Positions 31,129 through 43,253 of a DNA stretch of 64,000 nt are shown piece after piece. The notes below the pieces were generated by a model. That model was not told the DNA's origin, ran no database searches, and worked only from the letters and a program-made list of their open reading frames with translations. How positions within the stretch are numbered: the stretch's first letter is position 1; the number at the start of each line of letters is the position of its first letter. A program made the translations under genes and the position numbers. Origin of the DNA: Candidatus Dormiibacterota bacterium (GTDB taxonomy: Bacteria; Chloroflexota; Dormibacteria; Aeolococcales; Aeolococcaceae); the NCBI GenBank assembly GCA_963709585.1, contig CAVPXI010000005.1, positions 1-64,000 on the forward strand, in the 5' to 3' direction.

Positions 31129-33763
31129 CGATGCGTCCTCCTGACGGGCCGCGGCGGAGCAGATCCAGCTGTACCTGGGCTTCGGCGAGCCGGCGGCGCG
31201 ACTCGTCCACGACCCGGGCAGGTGCCCCGTTCACGAACGCCGGGTTCGCGAGCTGTGCCTGGAGACGCGACACGGTTGCCTCGAGCAGGCCGATCTGACG
31301 TGCGGTCGCACTGGCGTCGGCGGCGGTGTCGGCGATCACCACCTCGGCGTGGAGCCTACCCGAAACCACGACCACCGGATCGACGCCGCGCTCGTGGCCG
31401 TCCACGAGCTTCGCGGGCACGAGGCCGCCGATCAAGCGAGTGATGTGCTTGCTCGTGCCCCGCCCGTCGGCGGCGCGCACCGCCACCCGGATCCGATCGC
31501 GGGCGCCCCGCGGCACCCGGTGGCTGTGACCGAGCGCCCGGATCCGCTGCACCAGCTCGATCGCCTCGGCGATCTCGTGGTGCGCGGCTGCCGTCTCGGC
31601 GTCGCTCCAGAGCGGATCCTCCTCCGGCCACGCGCGCTGCTGGAGCGTCGGCGCGGCATTCGGGAGCTGCTGCGCGCATTCCTCGGTGACGAACGGCATG
31701 AACGGGTGCAGCAGGCGCAGGAGCACGTCCAGGGTGGTGACCGCGGTCCACACCGCCGCGCGCCGCGATTCGTCATCGCCCGCATCGGCGAGACGCAGCT
31801 TGATGATCTCGACGTACCAGTCGCAGAACGAATGCCACGTGGTGTCGTAGAGACGCTCGACCGCATCGTGGAATCGGAACGCCGCGAACCCGGCGTCGCA
31901 CTCGCGAACCACGGCCGCAAGCTCGGCCAGCATCCATCGATCCTCGGGACGGAGCGTCTCCGGCCCGGGTGGATGGATGTCGAGGTCGGCGGCCGATCCG
32001 TTGCCGACCTTGGCGACGAGGAACCCGCTGGTCACCTGCCATAGCTTGTTGGCGAAACGCTGGTACGACGCGATGCGGTCCTCGTCGAATCGCATGTCCT
32101 GGCCGCTGGTTCCCACCGCCGCCGCCCACGCGCGCACCGCGTCGGCGCCGAACTTGTCGATGAGGTCGAGCGGGTCGATGGTGTTGCCCTTCGACTTGCT
32201 CATCCGGGATCCGTCGATCGCCTGGATGGTGCTCGTGATCAACACGTCGGTGAACGGATTGCGGTCCGTGAACTTGAGCCCCGTCATGATCATTCGGGCA
32301 ACCCAGAGAAAGATGATGTCGCGTCCGGTGACGAGCACATCGGTGGGATAGAACTTCTCGAGCTCCGCTGTCTGCTCCGGCCAGCCGAAGATCGCAAACG
32401 GCCACAAGCCGCTGCTGAACCAGGTGTCGAGCACATCAGGGTCGTGGGTCAGCGCCGTGTTCCCACACTCGGGGCACTGCACCGGCGGGTCGATCCAGGC
32501 GAACCGATGCCCGTTGCCACACGTCGACACCGGGATCGCGTGCCCCAGCCAGATCTGCCTGCTGATGCACCAGTCCTTGATGTTGCGCATCCAGTGCAGA
32601 TACACGTCGGTGTATCGCGCGGGATGGAATGCGATCTCGCCACTTTCGACTGCACCGATCGCCGGAGCCGCGAGCGATGCCATGCGCACCCACCACTGCT
32701 CACTCACGAGTGGTTCGAGCACGGTGCCGCATCGGTCGCAATGACCCACCTCGTGGGTGTACGGCTCCTCTTTGACGAGCGAGCCGATTGCCCGGAGCGC
32801 ATCCGCGACCGCCGTCCTCGCCTGTTCGACGGGCATGCCGTGGAACTGTGGCAGCGAGGGCACGTCCATGGTCCCGTCGAGCGCGATCACGTTGATGATC
32901 GGGAGTGAATGACGCGCCCCGATCTCGTAGTCGGTCGGGTCGTGACCCGGGGTCACCTTGAGCGCGCCCGTGCCGAACTCGGGACGCACTGCGGCATCAG
33001 CGAAGATCGGCACCACCCGCCCCGTCAACGGCAGGGTGACGTGCTTGCCGATGAGTAACGTGTAACGGGGGTCGTCGGGCGCAACCGCCACCCCCGTGTC
33101 GCCGAGCATCGTCTCGGGACGCACCGTGGCGACGGTGATGTCCAGACCACCCTCGACCGGATACTTGAGGTAGTAGAGCGGGTCGGTCTGCTCCTGCCAG
33201 TCGATCTCCTCATCGCTGATGGCGGACGCACAGCCCGGGCACCAGTTGACGATTCGCGGGCCTCGGTAGACGAGCCCTTCGTCGTAGAGCGCCTTGAACA
33301 CGAACCGGATGGCGCGCACGTACTGGTCGTCGAGGGTGAAACGAGAACGCTCCCAGTCGCACGTGTATCCCATCCGTCGCATCTGCTCGTAGATGCGTCC
33401 GCCGTACTCCTCATACCACGCGTCGACTCGCCTTTGGAAGGCCGCTCTGCCCAACTCCTCCTTCGAGGTTCCCTCGTCGTCGAGCTGCCGCTCGATGACG
33501 TTTTGGGTGGCGATGGCGGCGTGGTCGGTCCCCGGGCACCACTCGACCTCGAAGCCGCGCATCCGCCGCTGGCGGCACAGCGTGTCCTGGATGGAGAACG
33601 TCGATGCGTGGCCCATGTGCAGCGCGCCGGTGATGTTCGGGGGCGGAAGCGCGATGACAAATGCGGGCTTGGTGCTGGTGACATCGGCATGCCCTACTTC
33701 GAGCTCTCTCCAGCGCTCACGCCACCGCGGTTCCACGCTGGACCAGTCGAAATGTTTTTCCAT
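31115..33763 (-). CDS. valS: Valine--tRNA ligase
   Basis: PPPNITGALHMGH, GTDHAAIATQ, DWCISRQIW, DVLDTWFSS, RMSKS; start at ATG 33763 (TATACT 10 nt upstream) or 33787. Confidence 0.96.
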   Translation of the reverse strand: MEKHFDWSSVEPRWRERWRELEVGHADVTSTKPAFVIALPPPNITGALHMGHASTFSIQDTLCRQRRMRGFEVEWCPGTDHAAIATQNVIERQLDDEGTSKEELGRAAFQRRVDAWYEEYGGRIYEQMRRMGYTCDWERSRFTLDDQYVRAIRFVFKALYDEGLVYRGPRIVNWCPGCASAISDEEIDWQEQTDPLYYLKYPVEGGLDITVATVRPETMLGDTGVAVAPDDPRYTLLIGKHVTLPLTGRVVPIFADAAVRPEFGTGALKVTPGHDPTDYEIGARHSLPIINVIALDGTMDVPSLPQFHGMPVEQARTAVADALRAIGSLVKEEPYTHEVGHCDRCGTVLEPLVSEQWWVRMASLAAPAIGAVESGEIAFHPARYTDVYLHWMRNIKDWCISRQIWLGHAIPVSTCGNGHRFAWIDPPVQCPECGNTALTHDPDVLDTWFSSGLWPFAIFGWPEQTAELEKFYPTDVLVTGRDIIFLWVARMIMTGLKFTDRNPFTDVLITSTIQAIDGSRMSKSKGNTIDPLDLIDKFGADAVRAWAAAVGTSGQDMRFDEDRIASYQRFANKLWQVTSGFLVAKVGNGSAADLDIHPPGPETLRPEDRWMLAELAAVVRECDAGFAAFRFHDAVERLYDTTWHSFCDWYVEIIKLRLADAGDDESRRAAVWTAVTTLDVLLRLLHPFMPFVTEECAQQLPNAAPTLQQRAWPEEDPLWSDAETAAAHHEIAEAIELVQRIRALGHSHRVPRGARDRIRVAVRAADGRGTSKHITRLIGGLVPAKLVDGHERGVDPVVVVSGRLHAEVVIADTAADASATARQIGLLEATVSRLQAQLANPAFVNGAPARVVDESRRRLAEAQVQLDLLRRGPSGGRIDAAG

Positions 33764-33794
33764 TGGGCGATTGAGTATATGGGCCATCCGGGTG

Positions 33795-34382
33795 TCACTC
33801 GCCCGCGGGGATGGTCGCGCCGGATTGCACGTTGCGCCATTCGGGGGTGAAAGGTGAGCCGGCGTAGACGAGCTGCGGGGTCGAGGTGGCGAGCCGAGCG
33901 GCCGCCGCACCCTCCCCCACCGCGGGAAAGCTCGCCGGAGCAGCGGGCCCCTGCGCCGAGATATCGGCGACCGAACCGAAGTATGCCCGACCGCCGCAGC
34001 CGACATAGAACGCGACCAGCCCGATGAGCCGCGTCGCGCTGCCCCCCGTCTCCGGGGCGGCGAGCGGCACCACCACCGCGGCCGGCTGCCCGGCGGCGGC
34101 GGCGGCCACATCCACCGGTTCCTGCGGTGTCGCACCGTCGAGGTTCGGGCTCACCACAGCGGCCGCGTTCTCACCCACCAGAGCTAGTGCCGCGAGGTTG
34201 TTCGAGTCGAATGACTGATCGAAACCTCCGAGCGCGCGAAGCGATGCGGACAGGCTCGGTGCCGGAGCGGCGATGGCGCAGCCGGGGGTGGTGTTGGTGA
34301 TGACATGCGTGAGCGTGATCAGGGTCACCGCGAAGAAGATCACCACGGCCGCCGCGCCCAGCGCGATGGCCCGGCGGCTCAC
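33795..34382 (-). CDS. Secreted or membrane-anchored hypothetical protein
   Basis: N-terminal signal/TM, two Cys; tightly packed between clpX and valS. Confidence 0.65.
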   Translation of the reverse strand: MSRRAIALGAAAVVIFFAVTLITLTHVITNTTPGCAIAAPAPSLSASLRALGGFDQSFDSNNLAALALVGENAAAVVSPNLDGATPQEPVDVAAAAAGQPAAVVVPLAAPETGGSATRLIGLVAFYVGCGGRAYFGSVADISAQGPAAPASFPAVGEGAAAARLATSTPQLVYAGSPFTPEWRNVQSGATIPAGE

Positions 34383-34384
34383 GC

Positions 34385-35674
<1,290 letters not shown>

Positions 35675-35726
35675 CGCATACCCCTTGGATTGTCCGAATT
35701 CCTGTCACGACCGGCCGATCACGGCA

Positions 35727-36428
35727 TCAGGCGTGTGCTGTCGCACCGCCACCCGCCTGGGGTGCCTCGGTCTCGGGTGGCGCGCCGGGCGGCCGTCCAC
35801 CATTGCTGCTCTCACCGTTCGGTGCCCCACCGCTCTTGATGCGGCCCTGGATGATCTCGTCGATGAGGCCGTAGTCCTTCGCCTCCTCGGCGCTCATGAA
35901 GAAATCGCGATCGGAGTCGTGGTTGACGACCTCGATCGGTTTGCCGCTGTGATGCGCGAGGATTTCGTCGAGGCGACGGCGCACGCGGAGGATCTCCTGC
36001 GCATGGATCTGAATGTCGGTCGCCTGGCCGCTGAATCCGCCCGACGGCTGATGGATGAGCACGCGGGTGTTCGGAAGGCTGAGACGCATGCCCGCCGAGC
36101 CGCCGGCGAGCAGGATGGCCGCCATCGAGGCGGCGATGCCCATGCAGATGGTGCCGACGCGCGGCTCGACGTACTGCATGGTGTCGTAGATGGCCAGCCC
36201 GGCATACACCGAACCGCCCGGCGAGTTGATGTACAGCCAGATGTCCTTCTCGGGATCCTCGCCGGCGAGGAACAGCAATTGCGCCATGACGACGTTGGCG
36301 ACCTGGTCGTCGATGGGCGTCCCGATGAAGATGATTCGGTCTTTGAGCAACCGCGAGTAGATGTCCATCCCGCGTTCGCCCCGATTCGTGGTCTCGATGA
36401 CGTACGGGATCAGATTGGTCGGATTCAT
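35727..36428 (-). CDS. clpP: ATP-dependent Clp protease proteolytic subunit
   Basis: [33 protein letters not shown]; upstream of clpX. Confidence 0.97.
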   Translation of the reverse strand: MNPTNLIPYVIETTNRGERGMDIYSRLLKDRIIFIGTPIDDQVANVVMAQLLFLAGEDPEKDIWLYINSPGGSVYAGLAIYDTMQYVEPRVGTICMGIAASMAAILLAGGSAGMRLSLPNTRVLIHQPSGGFSGQATDIQIHAQEILRVRRRLDEILAHHSGKPIEVVNHDSDRDFFMSAEEAKDYGLIDEIIQGRIKSGGAPNGESSNGGRPPGAPPETEAPQAGGGATAHA

Positions 36429-36437
36429 ACCTTTTCC

Positions 36438-36443
36438 ATTATA
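36438..36443 (-). promoter_or_regulatory. Consensus -10 box TATAAT for clpP-clpX
   Basis: TATAAT 9 nt before the clpP ATG, in an AT-rich gap. Confidence 0.6.
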
Positions 36444-36454
36444 GGTGGCCTTTT

Positions 36455-37342
36455 TTAGTCGCGCAGTCGAAAGCCATAGACGGCCAGGCTCAACATCAAC
36501 GCCCCGAAGGCGACGAGCACCGCCTCTTCGGTCCAAACCGAGAGGGGATGACCGAACAGGCTCAGCCCCAGCCTGTCGAGGATTTGTGACGGCACCCCTG
36601 ATGCGCTGAGGACGGCGCGACGGAGCGCGTCGATCCCGTAGCTCGCCGGGTCGAATCGCGTGAGCACCGAGAGCCACACGGGTAGGTTGCCGCCGAGCGG
36701 GAACAGCGCCCCGGCCAGGAAGAACATCGGCATCATCAGGAAGTTCATCACCATCTGGAAGCCCTGCATAGTGCGCATGCGCGCCGCGACCGCCACGCCG
36801 AGCGCGCTCAGAGCGAATGCGAAGAGAAAGATCATCGGGATCAGTTCGACCACGCCGAGGAACGTCAACTTCACGCCCACCAGCGGAGCGAGGATCAGGA
36901 TGACCAGACCCTGGAGCATCGCCTGGGTTGCGCCCCCGAGCGTCTTACCGATTGCAACCGCCGAACGATGAATCGGCGCGACCAGCACCTCTTTCAGGAA
37001 ACCGAACTCACGATCCCAGACGATGGACATCGCGCCGAAGATCGACGTGAAGAGCACGGACATGCCGATGATGCCGGGGAAGATGAACTGGACATACTGC
37101 AGCGATGACCCGGTGCCGCCGAACCCGCTCGTTGTGCCCCGCAGAGTCGAGCTCAGCCCGCTGCCGAAGACGAAGAGAAAGAGAATCGGTTGCGCGAGCG
37201 ACGCGACCAGGCGCATACGGTCCCGTCCGTAGCGGATGAGATCGCGCTTCCAGATGATGTAGATCGCGCGCAGCGTCGCGCCACGGACATTCACCGTCTG
37301 TGCGCGCGGCACGAACGGCGCGGACAGCACCTGTTCGCTCAT
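36455..37342 (-). CDS. ABC-2 exporter permease (DrrB-like)
   Basis: [17 protein letters not shown], 6 TM segments, [10 protein letters not shown]. Confidence 0.9.
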   Translation of the reverse strand: MSEQVLSAPFVPRAQTVNVRGATLRAIYIIWKRDLIRYGRDRMRLVASLAQPILFLFVFGSGLSSTLRGTTSGFGGTGSSLQYVQFIFPGIIGMSVLFTSIFGAMSIVWDREFGFLKEVLVAPIHRSAVAIGKTLGGATQAMLQGLVILILAPLVGVKLTFLGVVELIPMIFLFAFALSALGVAVAARMRTMQGFQMVMNFLMMPMFFLAGALFPLGGNLPVWLSVLTRFDPASYGIDALRRAVLSASGVPSQILDRLGLSLFGHPLSVWTEEAVLVAFGALMLSLAVYGFRLRD

Positions 37343-38325
37343 CGGCGTCCCCCTCCCCATATCCTGCCCATGTTTCGCATCGTGTCCAGCGACGTGCTGC
37401 CCTGCTCCCGAATGGCGCGACCGGTGAGCTTGAGAAACACGTCGTCGAGGCTGGGACGGCGCGCGCTGACCGCGCTGATCGGCACGGTCAGCTCGGAGAA
37501 GAGACGGGGCATGAACGATGCGGAATCGGGAACCTCGACGCGCAGCGTGCCATCGACCTGCGCCGTCTCGAGATGCATGACGCTGCGGATCTGATCGGCA
37601 GCGATCGCCATGTCCGGGGTGGTGATGCTCACCACGTCACCGCCCACCCCGGTCTTGAGCTCCGCGGGCGTGCCGAGAGCGACGATCTTTCCCTGGTCGA
37701 TGATCGCGATGCGATCGCAGAACTCGGCCTCGTCCATGTAATGCGTGGTCATGAAGATGGTGATGTGCTCGCGGGAGCGGACGGCGTGCAGGTAGTCCCA
37801 GATCTTGTTGCGCGTCTGTGGATCGAGACCGAGAGTCGGCTCGTCGAGGAAGAGCACCTGAGGGTAATGAAGGATGCCGCGTGCGATCTCCAGGCGACGC
37901 CGCATCCCGCCGGAATACGTGAGCACCGTCGATTCGGCGCGGTCGGTGAGCTCGACGATCGACAGTGCGTCGTCGATGCGCTGCTTGCGGGTCGCGGCGG
38001 GCAGACCGTACAGGTAGGCGTGGAAGTCGAGGTTCTCGCGGGCGGTGAGCTGGCCGTCGAGCGACGGGTCCTGGAACACGAGGCCGATGCGCGCACGGAC
38101 GGCGCTGGGATCCTTGAGCACGTCGATGCCGGCCACTTGGGCGACGCCCGAGGTCGGCCGCACCAGGGTGCAGAGGATGCTGATCGTCGTCGACTTCCCG
38201 GCGCCGTTGGGCCCGAGAAACCCGAAGATCTCGCCGGGACCGACCTCGAGGTCGATGCCGCGGACCGCCTCGACCTTCCCGTAAGTCTTGACGAGGTCGC
38301 GAACGCTGATCACCGGCTGGCCCAT
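37339..38325 (-). CDS. ABC exporter ATP-binding protein (DrrA-like)
   Basis: GPNGAGKST, YSGGM, FLDEPT, TTHYM. Confidence 0.93.
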   Translation of the reverse strand: MGQPVISVRDLVKTYGKVEAVRGIDLEVGPGEIFGFLGPNGAGKSTTISILCTLVRPTSGVAQVAGIDVLKDPSAVRARIGLVFQDPSLDGQLTARENLDFHAYLYGLPAATRKQRIDDALSIVELTDRAESTVLTYSGGMRRRLEIARGILHYPQVLFLDEPTLGLDPQTRNKIWDYLHAVRSREHITIFMTTHYMDEAEFCDRIAIIDQGKIVALGTPAELKTGVGGDVVSITTPDMAIAADQIRSVMHLETAQVDGTLRVEVPDSASFMPRLFSELTVPISAVSARRPSLDDVFLKLTGRAIREQGSTSLDTMRNMGRIWGGGRR

Positions 38326-38364
38326 GCCCGGGACAGCTTACCCACGCATGCCGGGGACCATGCC

Positions 38365-39696
38365 TCAGGTGGCGACGAAGTTGGAATCGTCCGGGGTGAC
38401 GATCTCGAGCAGCCGCTGCCCGGCCGCGCGACGGCGCAGGTCGCGGCGTGCGAGGTCCTCGAGCCGCCTGCGTTGGGTGGCATCGACCCGCCGGCCCTCG
38501 GCGACCGCCCGGGCCTCGCGCTCCACCTGGTTCTCGTCGACCTCGATCCCCTCGGCGCCCGCGAGCGCGTCGAGCGCCAGTTCCAGCCGGACCCGGCTGG
38601 TCGCCGATTCGCGACGCTCGGCGCGGAGCGCCGCCACGTTCTGCCCGCTCATCTCGAGATAGCGGTCGAGCGGCAACCCGAGCGAGCCAAGTCGGTACTC
38701 GAGATCCGCAAGCTGGCGCTCGATCTCACGCTCGATCATCGCCTCGGGGACATCGACCCGGACATGGTCGCGGAGTGCCTCGAGTGCGGCACCCTCGTGG
38801 CGCTCGCGATCCTGGTCAGCCGCCTCGACCGCGAGCGCGGTGCGGTAGTGCTCGCGAAGGTCTTCGAGGGTCGGCCCGTGACCATCGAGCACGGCGAGCG
38901 CGTCGTCCTCAGGGGGTAGGGTGCGCTCGCGGACGGCGTGCACGGTGACGTCGATCGTGACCGTCGCGCCACGGAGCTCCTCCTGGCGGTAGTCCTGGGG
39001 CAGGGTGGTCTCGAAGGAGCGCGACTCCCCGGCCGTGAGCCCGATGACTCCATCGACGATCGCCGGGATCACCACCTCACGATCCAGCTCCAGCTCGCGC
39101 TCCTCGCCATCACCTCCGGTGAGCACCTCTTCGCCGCGACGCATCACGAGCGTGCACCGGATGACGTCCCCGGCCTGAGCGGCTCGGTCGACGTCGGCAA
39201 GCTCCGAGTGACGCCGGCGTGCTTCAAGGATCGCCTGATCGACGCTCTCCTCGGTGATCTCGGTCGTCTCCATCGGGACCCGCAGCGTCAGGTAGTCGCG
39301 CAGGTCAACCTCGGGCTTCACGGTGACCGTGGCGGTGAACTTCAGCGGCTGGTCGCGCTCGAGCTCGCCGAGATCGAGCTCGGGATCGCCGACCGGCTCG
39401 ACGCCGGTCTCATCGACGGCGCGCCGGTAGAGCTCAGGCACCAGGTGATCGACGGTCTCGTGGCGGATCGTCTCCCAGCCGACCGCACGCTCGACCATGG
39501 CGGCGGGCGCCTTGCCGGGGCGGAATCCTGGGATCCGAACCCGCCCCGCGAGCCGGCGCAATGACGCCTGGACCGCCGCCTCGACCTCGTCCGCGGTGGC
39601 CTCGACCTGGAGGGCGACCTGCGAAGCGGCCTTGCGCTCGAGGGTGACGGTCATTGATGGACTCTTGCCCGGAGTGTCGGTCATCTGGGTACTCAT
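38365..39696 (-). CDS. tig: Trigger factor
   Basis: IPGFRPGKAP ribosome-binding signature; FKBP-like middle domain; upstream of clpP-clpX. Confidence 0.93.
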   Translation of the reverse strand: MSTQMTDTPGKSPSMTVTLERKAASQVALQVEATADEVEAAVQASLRRLAGRVRIPGFRPGKAPAAMVERAVGWETIRHETVDHLVPELYRRAVDETGVEPVGDPELDLGELERDQPLKFTATVTVKPEVDLRDYLTLRVPMETTEITEESVDQAILEARRRHSELADVDRAAQAGDVIRCTLVMRRGEEVLTGGDGEERELELDREVVIPAIVDGVIGLTAGESRSFETTLPQDYRQEELRGATVTIDVTVHAVRERTLPPEDDALAVLDGHGPTLEDLREHYRTALAVEAADQDRERHEGAALEALRDHVRVDVPEAMIEREIERQLADLEYRLGSLGLPLDRYLEMSGQNVAALRAERRESATSRVRLELALDALAGAEGIEVDENQVEREARAVAEGRRVDATQRRRLEDLARRDLRRRAAGQRLLEIVTPDDSNFVAT

Positions 39697-39718
39697 GTTT
39701 CTTGCTGGGTGAGCGCCG

Positions 39719-39801
39719 TGCGCGGACCGAGAACTCGAACTCGGACGGGTCACCCCACGGGATCCTAAGTCCCGCGCGTCTACCGATTCCGCCATCCGCG
39801 C
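39719..39801 (-). tRNA. tRNA-Leu(TAG); CCA not encoded; one extra T in the T-loop as assembled
   Basis: GCGCGGA/TCCGCGC acceptor stem, CGGGA-CTTAGGA-TCCCG anticodon arm, long variable arm, CCGAG-TTCGAGT(T)-CTCGG. Confidence 0.93.
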
Positions 39802-39915
39802 CCGGTCGGTCGAACCGGCCAGTGCCAGTGTAGCTGCGAGGAAACGGTCGCTGGACAACCCCTCTCCCGCTGCCTACTCTAGGTGGCATCCCCAACCCGA
39901 AGACGGAGGATCTGG

Positions 39916-40158
39916 ATGGAGCTGAATCACCTGACCGCAACGGCAGGCCCGCAGGAGGTCGTTGCGAAGATCGACCAGAAGGCGCTCCGGCTGTCGGCGC
40001 TGCTGCGGGAGATAGACAACCACCCCATCGAGCTGGAGACCGTGCTTCGGGACCAGCTCGATGACGTTCTGGAGATGCTGGCGTGCAGGATCGCCGCCAC
40101 CAGGACGCTGCTGCACCGATCCAGCCTCGAGTTGACGGGGGCCGGATCCCCCATATAA
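39916..40158 (+). CDS. Small helical hypothetical protein (80 aa)
   Basis: SD GGAGGA, TACTCT upstream, amphipathic Leu-rich sequence. Confidence 0.65.
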   Translation: MELNHLTATAGPQEVVAKIDQKALRLSALLREIDNHPIELETVLRDQLDDVLEMLACRIAATRTLLHRSSLELTGAGSPI

Positions 40159-41717
40159 CGGGCGTCGTACGGCGCCTCGGGACGGCGGCTGCAGTAGAGG
40201 CTGCTGCCGCCGTCCTGATCGTTATCGCCGCGATCCTGGCGCGCTTCTGGGCGCTCCAGACCCAACCCGGTGGTCTCTACCCGGACGAGGCCGCCGAAGG
40301 CCTCAGCGCCCAGAGCCTGCTGACGATCCCGGGATACCACCCGGTGTTCTTCAACAGCGACGGCGGCCGCGAGGCCCTGTACGCGTACATGGTCGCAGCC
40401 GTCTTCAAGGTGTTCGGGTCGTCGGTGCTTACGCTGCGCGGCACCGCCGCGGCCGTCGGCGTCGCCGGGGTCATCGTCACCTACCTCGCCGTCCGCCGTT
40501 TCGGCCGGGGTCCGGCGCTGCTCGCGATGGCATGGGCCGGCGGATCACTCTGGATGATCGCCGTGTCCCGCGATGGCTTCAGGAACATCCTGACGGTGCT
40601 CGTCGGCGCAGCCGCGCTCGCGGCCTTGCTGCGCTGGGGAGACAGGCCCTCCCGATGGACCGCCGCGCTCGCCGGGATTGCGGTGGCCCTGGGGTTCTGG
40701 ACGTATCAACCGCTGAAGTTGCTGCCGTTGCTTGCGATCCTCTGGCTGGCCTGGATGCACGCCCGCGACCGTGAGCGGTTTCTCACCGTCCGCGCGACCT
40801 GGCGATGGGCGACGGTGGGGTTTCTCGTGGTCGTGGCGCCGATGGTGTACACGGCCATCACCGACTTCTCGGCGTACTTCGGTCGCGCCGCGTTCGTCTC
40901 GGTCTTCAACAGCGGATCGATGTCGACGGACAGCTACCCGGCGCACATCCTCAAGACCCTCGGCATGTTCCTCCTCACCGGGGATCCGAACCCACGTCAC
41001 GACGTGTCGGCCCTGCCACTCCTGGGGCCCGTGCTGGTGGTGCCGTTCCTGCTCGGCATCTGGCACTGCTGGCGGCGGCGAGACGACCAGGGATACGCGC
41101 TGGTGCTGCTCGGACTTCCCGTGTTCCTGATCCCTCCGCTGGTTGCCAACGAGGGCGGCGCCCCCCACTTCCTCCGATCGCTCGGTCTCGCGCCCTACGT
41201 CGCCGCCTGCATCGGCCTCGGCTGCCTCGAGGGCATCGCGATCCTCCGGCGGCTCGTCGCGAGCAACGTTCGCACCGAGCAGCGCGTATCGCAGACGGGC
41301 TGGAGCGTCTGCGCGATCGCGGCGACCGGCCTCGGCGTGGCTTCGGCGGTGACCTACTTCAACCGCCCGCTGATCGATCGCTACACGGCCTTCACCTTCG
41401 CCGACGTCGCCCTGGCAAATGCCGCCGTGGACAACTCGACCGACGGCGGACCATCCACGCTGGTCATCCTCGACGGCTACGACGCGATGGACGTGCAGTT
41501 CCTTGACGCGGGCCGCGTGCCCACCATCGTCGCGCCGATGACCAGGGTCGCGAACGTCGCCGTCTACTCGCTGATCGTCGCCCCGTCGCGAGCCGACATC
41601 GCGGCCGCCGTCGGCGCGGGCATCGCCGCAGAGGCTCAGGTGGGCGCGACCGATCCTTATGGCAACCCGGTCGTCTTCGACGTCGTACCCCAGGCGGCGG
41701 TTCCCACCCTGCCCTGA
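40155..41717 (+). CDS. ArnT/PMT-family (GT-C) glycosyltransferase; start uncertain
   Basis: GLYPDEA motif, many TM segments, DPNPRHD loop. Confidence 0.8.
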   Translation: MTGVVRRLGTAAAVEAAAAVLIVIAAILARFWALQTQPGGLYPDEAAEGLSAQSLLTIPGYHPVFFNSDGGREALYAYMVAAVFKVFGSSVLTLRGTAAAVGVAGVIVTYLAVRRFGRGPALLAMAWAGGSLWMIAVSRDGFRNILTVLVGAAALAALLRWGDRPSRWTAALAGIAVALGFWTYQPLKLLPLLAILWLAWMHARDRERFLTVRATWRWATVGFLVVVAPMVYTAITDFSAYFGRAAFVSVFNSGSMSTDSYPAHILKTLGMFLLTGDPNPRHDVSALPLLGPVLVVPFLLGIWHCWRRRDDQGYALVLLGLPVFLIPPLVANEGGAPHFLRSLGLAPYVAACIGLGCLEGIAILRRLVASNVRTEQRVSQTGWSVCAIAATGLGVASAVTYFNRPLIDRYTAFTFADVALANAAVDNSTDGGPSTLVILDGYDAMDVQFLDAGRVPTIVAPMTRVANVAVYSLIVAPSRADIAAAVGAGIAAEAQVGATDPYGNPVVFDVVPQAAVPTLP

Positions 41718-41752
41718 CCGGCAGGTCACGCACCCCGTGCGAACGCGGATCT

Positions 41753-43231
41753 ATGGTGGGATCGATGCTGCGCGGCTTTGCGGGGAAGATCTGGCTGATC
41801 ACGGGCCTCGGTCTGGTTGCACGCCTTGCGCTGCTCGGGTATCAGCCGCTCTGGCGTGATGAGGCCTTCACCGCGCTGGCGGTGCAGCGTCCACTCGGCT
41901 CGATGATCGACGTGGTCCGCAACGACAGCGCACCGCCGCTCTTCTACCTGGTGGAGCGACTCTTCGCGGTGGTGTCGACCAGCCCCGCAATGCTCCGTCT
42001 GTTCCCCGTCCTGGCCGGGACGGCGGCGATCCCGCTGCTGGCGGCGCTCGGACGTCGGGTCGCGGGCGACGCCGGGGGCCTCTGGGCGGCGGTGATCGGC
42101 GCCGTGGCGCCGGCACTGATGGTGAGCTCGCTCGACGCGCGCATGTACGTGCTCGCGACCACGCTGGTGCTCGCGTCGACGCTCTGCCTGCTGGGTGCGC
42201 TCGACCGGCCGTCGCCGCTGCGCTGGGCGCTCTACCTGGCGATGTCGATTCTCGCTGTGTACACCGTGTACTTCGCGGTCTTCGCCGTGTTCGCCCAGGT
42301 GGTCACCGTTGCGCTGCTCCACGGGCGGCAACGGCGGGGCACGATGGTGCTTGTCGGAGCACTCGCCGCCCTGACCCTTGCGACCCTGATTCCTTGGATC
42401 GTCGCCGCACGCGCGCAGCTCGACCACAGCGTCGGCGCGTTCTGGGTACCGAGATTGAGCATCCGCAGCGTCTTCGGTGGCCTCGAGCAGTTCTTCACGG
42501 GCCCACCGATCAACAACTGGGTGGCCGGGTTCGCGGCGGTGCGAGCGCTGGAGCTCGCCGGAGACGCCGCCGGCTGCCTGGTGCTGATCGCGTTGGTGGT
42601 GAACCGAAAGCGGCTCGGCGCGGCCGGCGCGCAGGCCGCAGCCTTCCTTGGAATCGCTGTCGCAATCGGCGTGGGCGTGATGCTCCTGGCCAGCTTCTAT
42701 CACCCGCTCGAGGATGGGAAATACCTGAGCGCCGCGTGGGCGCCACTGTATCCGCTGCTCGGTGCGGGGCTCGCAACCCTGCCGTGGCGGCGAGTCGCGG
42801 TCGGTGCCGCAGCGGTGACTACGGCCGTGGCCGCCAGCACCGTCCTGGTCATCACCAATCCCGAGACTCCGCTGGCGGTTGCCGCGATCGCGCGGACCTC
42901 GGCTCCGGCACCGGTGGTGACCGCGTATCCCAGCGAATACCTGCTCGTCCTGTACTACGCCGACCACGACGTCGCCGCGAGGGCGCACGCCGTGGCCACA
43001 ACGGTGCCGTGGTTCTGGGGCACGGCGGTCTATCCATCGGACGGCGCGCTGCACACCGTGGCCCAACTATTGTCCGGCGCTGCGCCGCTCTGGTACGTCT
43101 ACGAGCCGGGCGATCCGCTGCCGTCGCCGCGAGGCGGATACACGGTTTCGAATGTCCGCTGCTGGACGGGGGTCTGTGTCACCATGCTCAACCCTTCTGT
43201 TGCCGTCGCATCGCGCGGGGGATCCGGCTAG
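41753..43231 (+). CDS. ArnT/PMT-family (GT-C) glycosyltransferase
   Basis: PLWRDEAFT, DSAPPLFY, DARMY. Confidence 0.83.
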   Translation: MVGSMLRGFAGKIWLITGLGLVARLALLGYQPLWRDEAFTALAVQRPLGSMIDVVRNDSAPPLFYLVERLFAVVSTSPAMLRLFPVLAGTAAIPLLAALGRRVAGDAGGLWAAVIGAVAPALMVSSLDARMYVLATTLVLASTLCLLGALDRPSPLRWALYLAMSILAVYTVYFAVFAVFAQVVTVALLHGRQRRGTMVLVGALAALTLATLIPWIVAARAQLDHSVGAFWVPRLSIRSVFGGLEQFFTGPPINNWVAGFAAVRALELAGDAAGCLVLIALVVNRKRLGAAGAQAAAFLGIAVAIGVGVMLLASFYHPLEDGKYLSAAWAPLYPLLGAGLATLPWRRVAVGAAAVTTAVAASTVLVITNPETPLAVAAIARTSAPAPVVTAYPSEYLLVLYYADHDVAARAHAVATTVPWFWGTAVYPSDGALHTVAQLLSGAAPLWYVYEPGDPLPSPRGGYTVSNVRCWTGVCVTMLNPSVAVASRGGSG

Positions 43232-43253
43232 CTCGCGGGACAAGGAGGAACAG

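Noticed and set aside
33764-33800. T-box riboswitches upstream of valS or leuS
   Set aside because: There is no intergenic room, and -10 boxes sit directly before the start codons.
39697-39858. N-terminal extension of tig in the ORF track
   Set aside because: It runs through tRNA-Leu; the real start is at or downstream of 39696.
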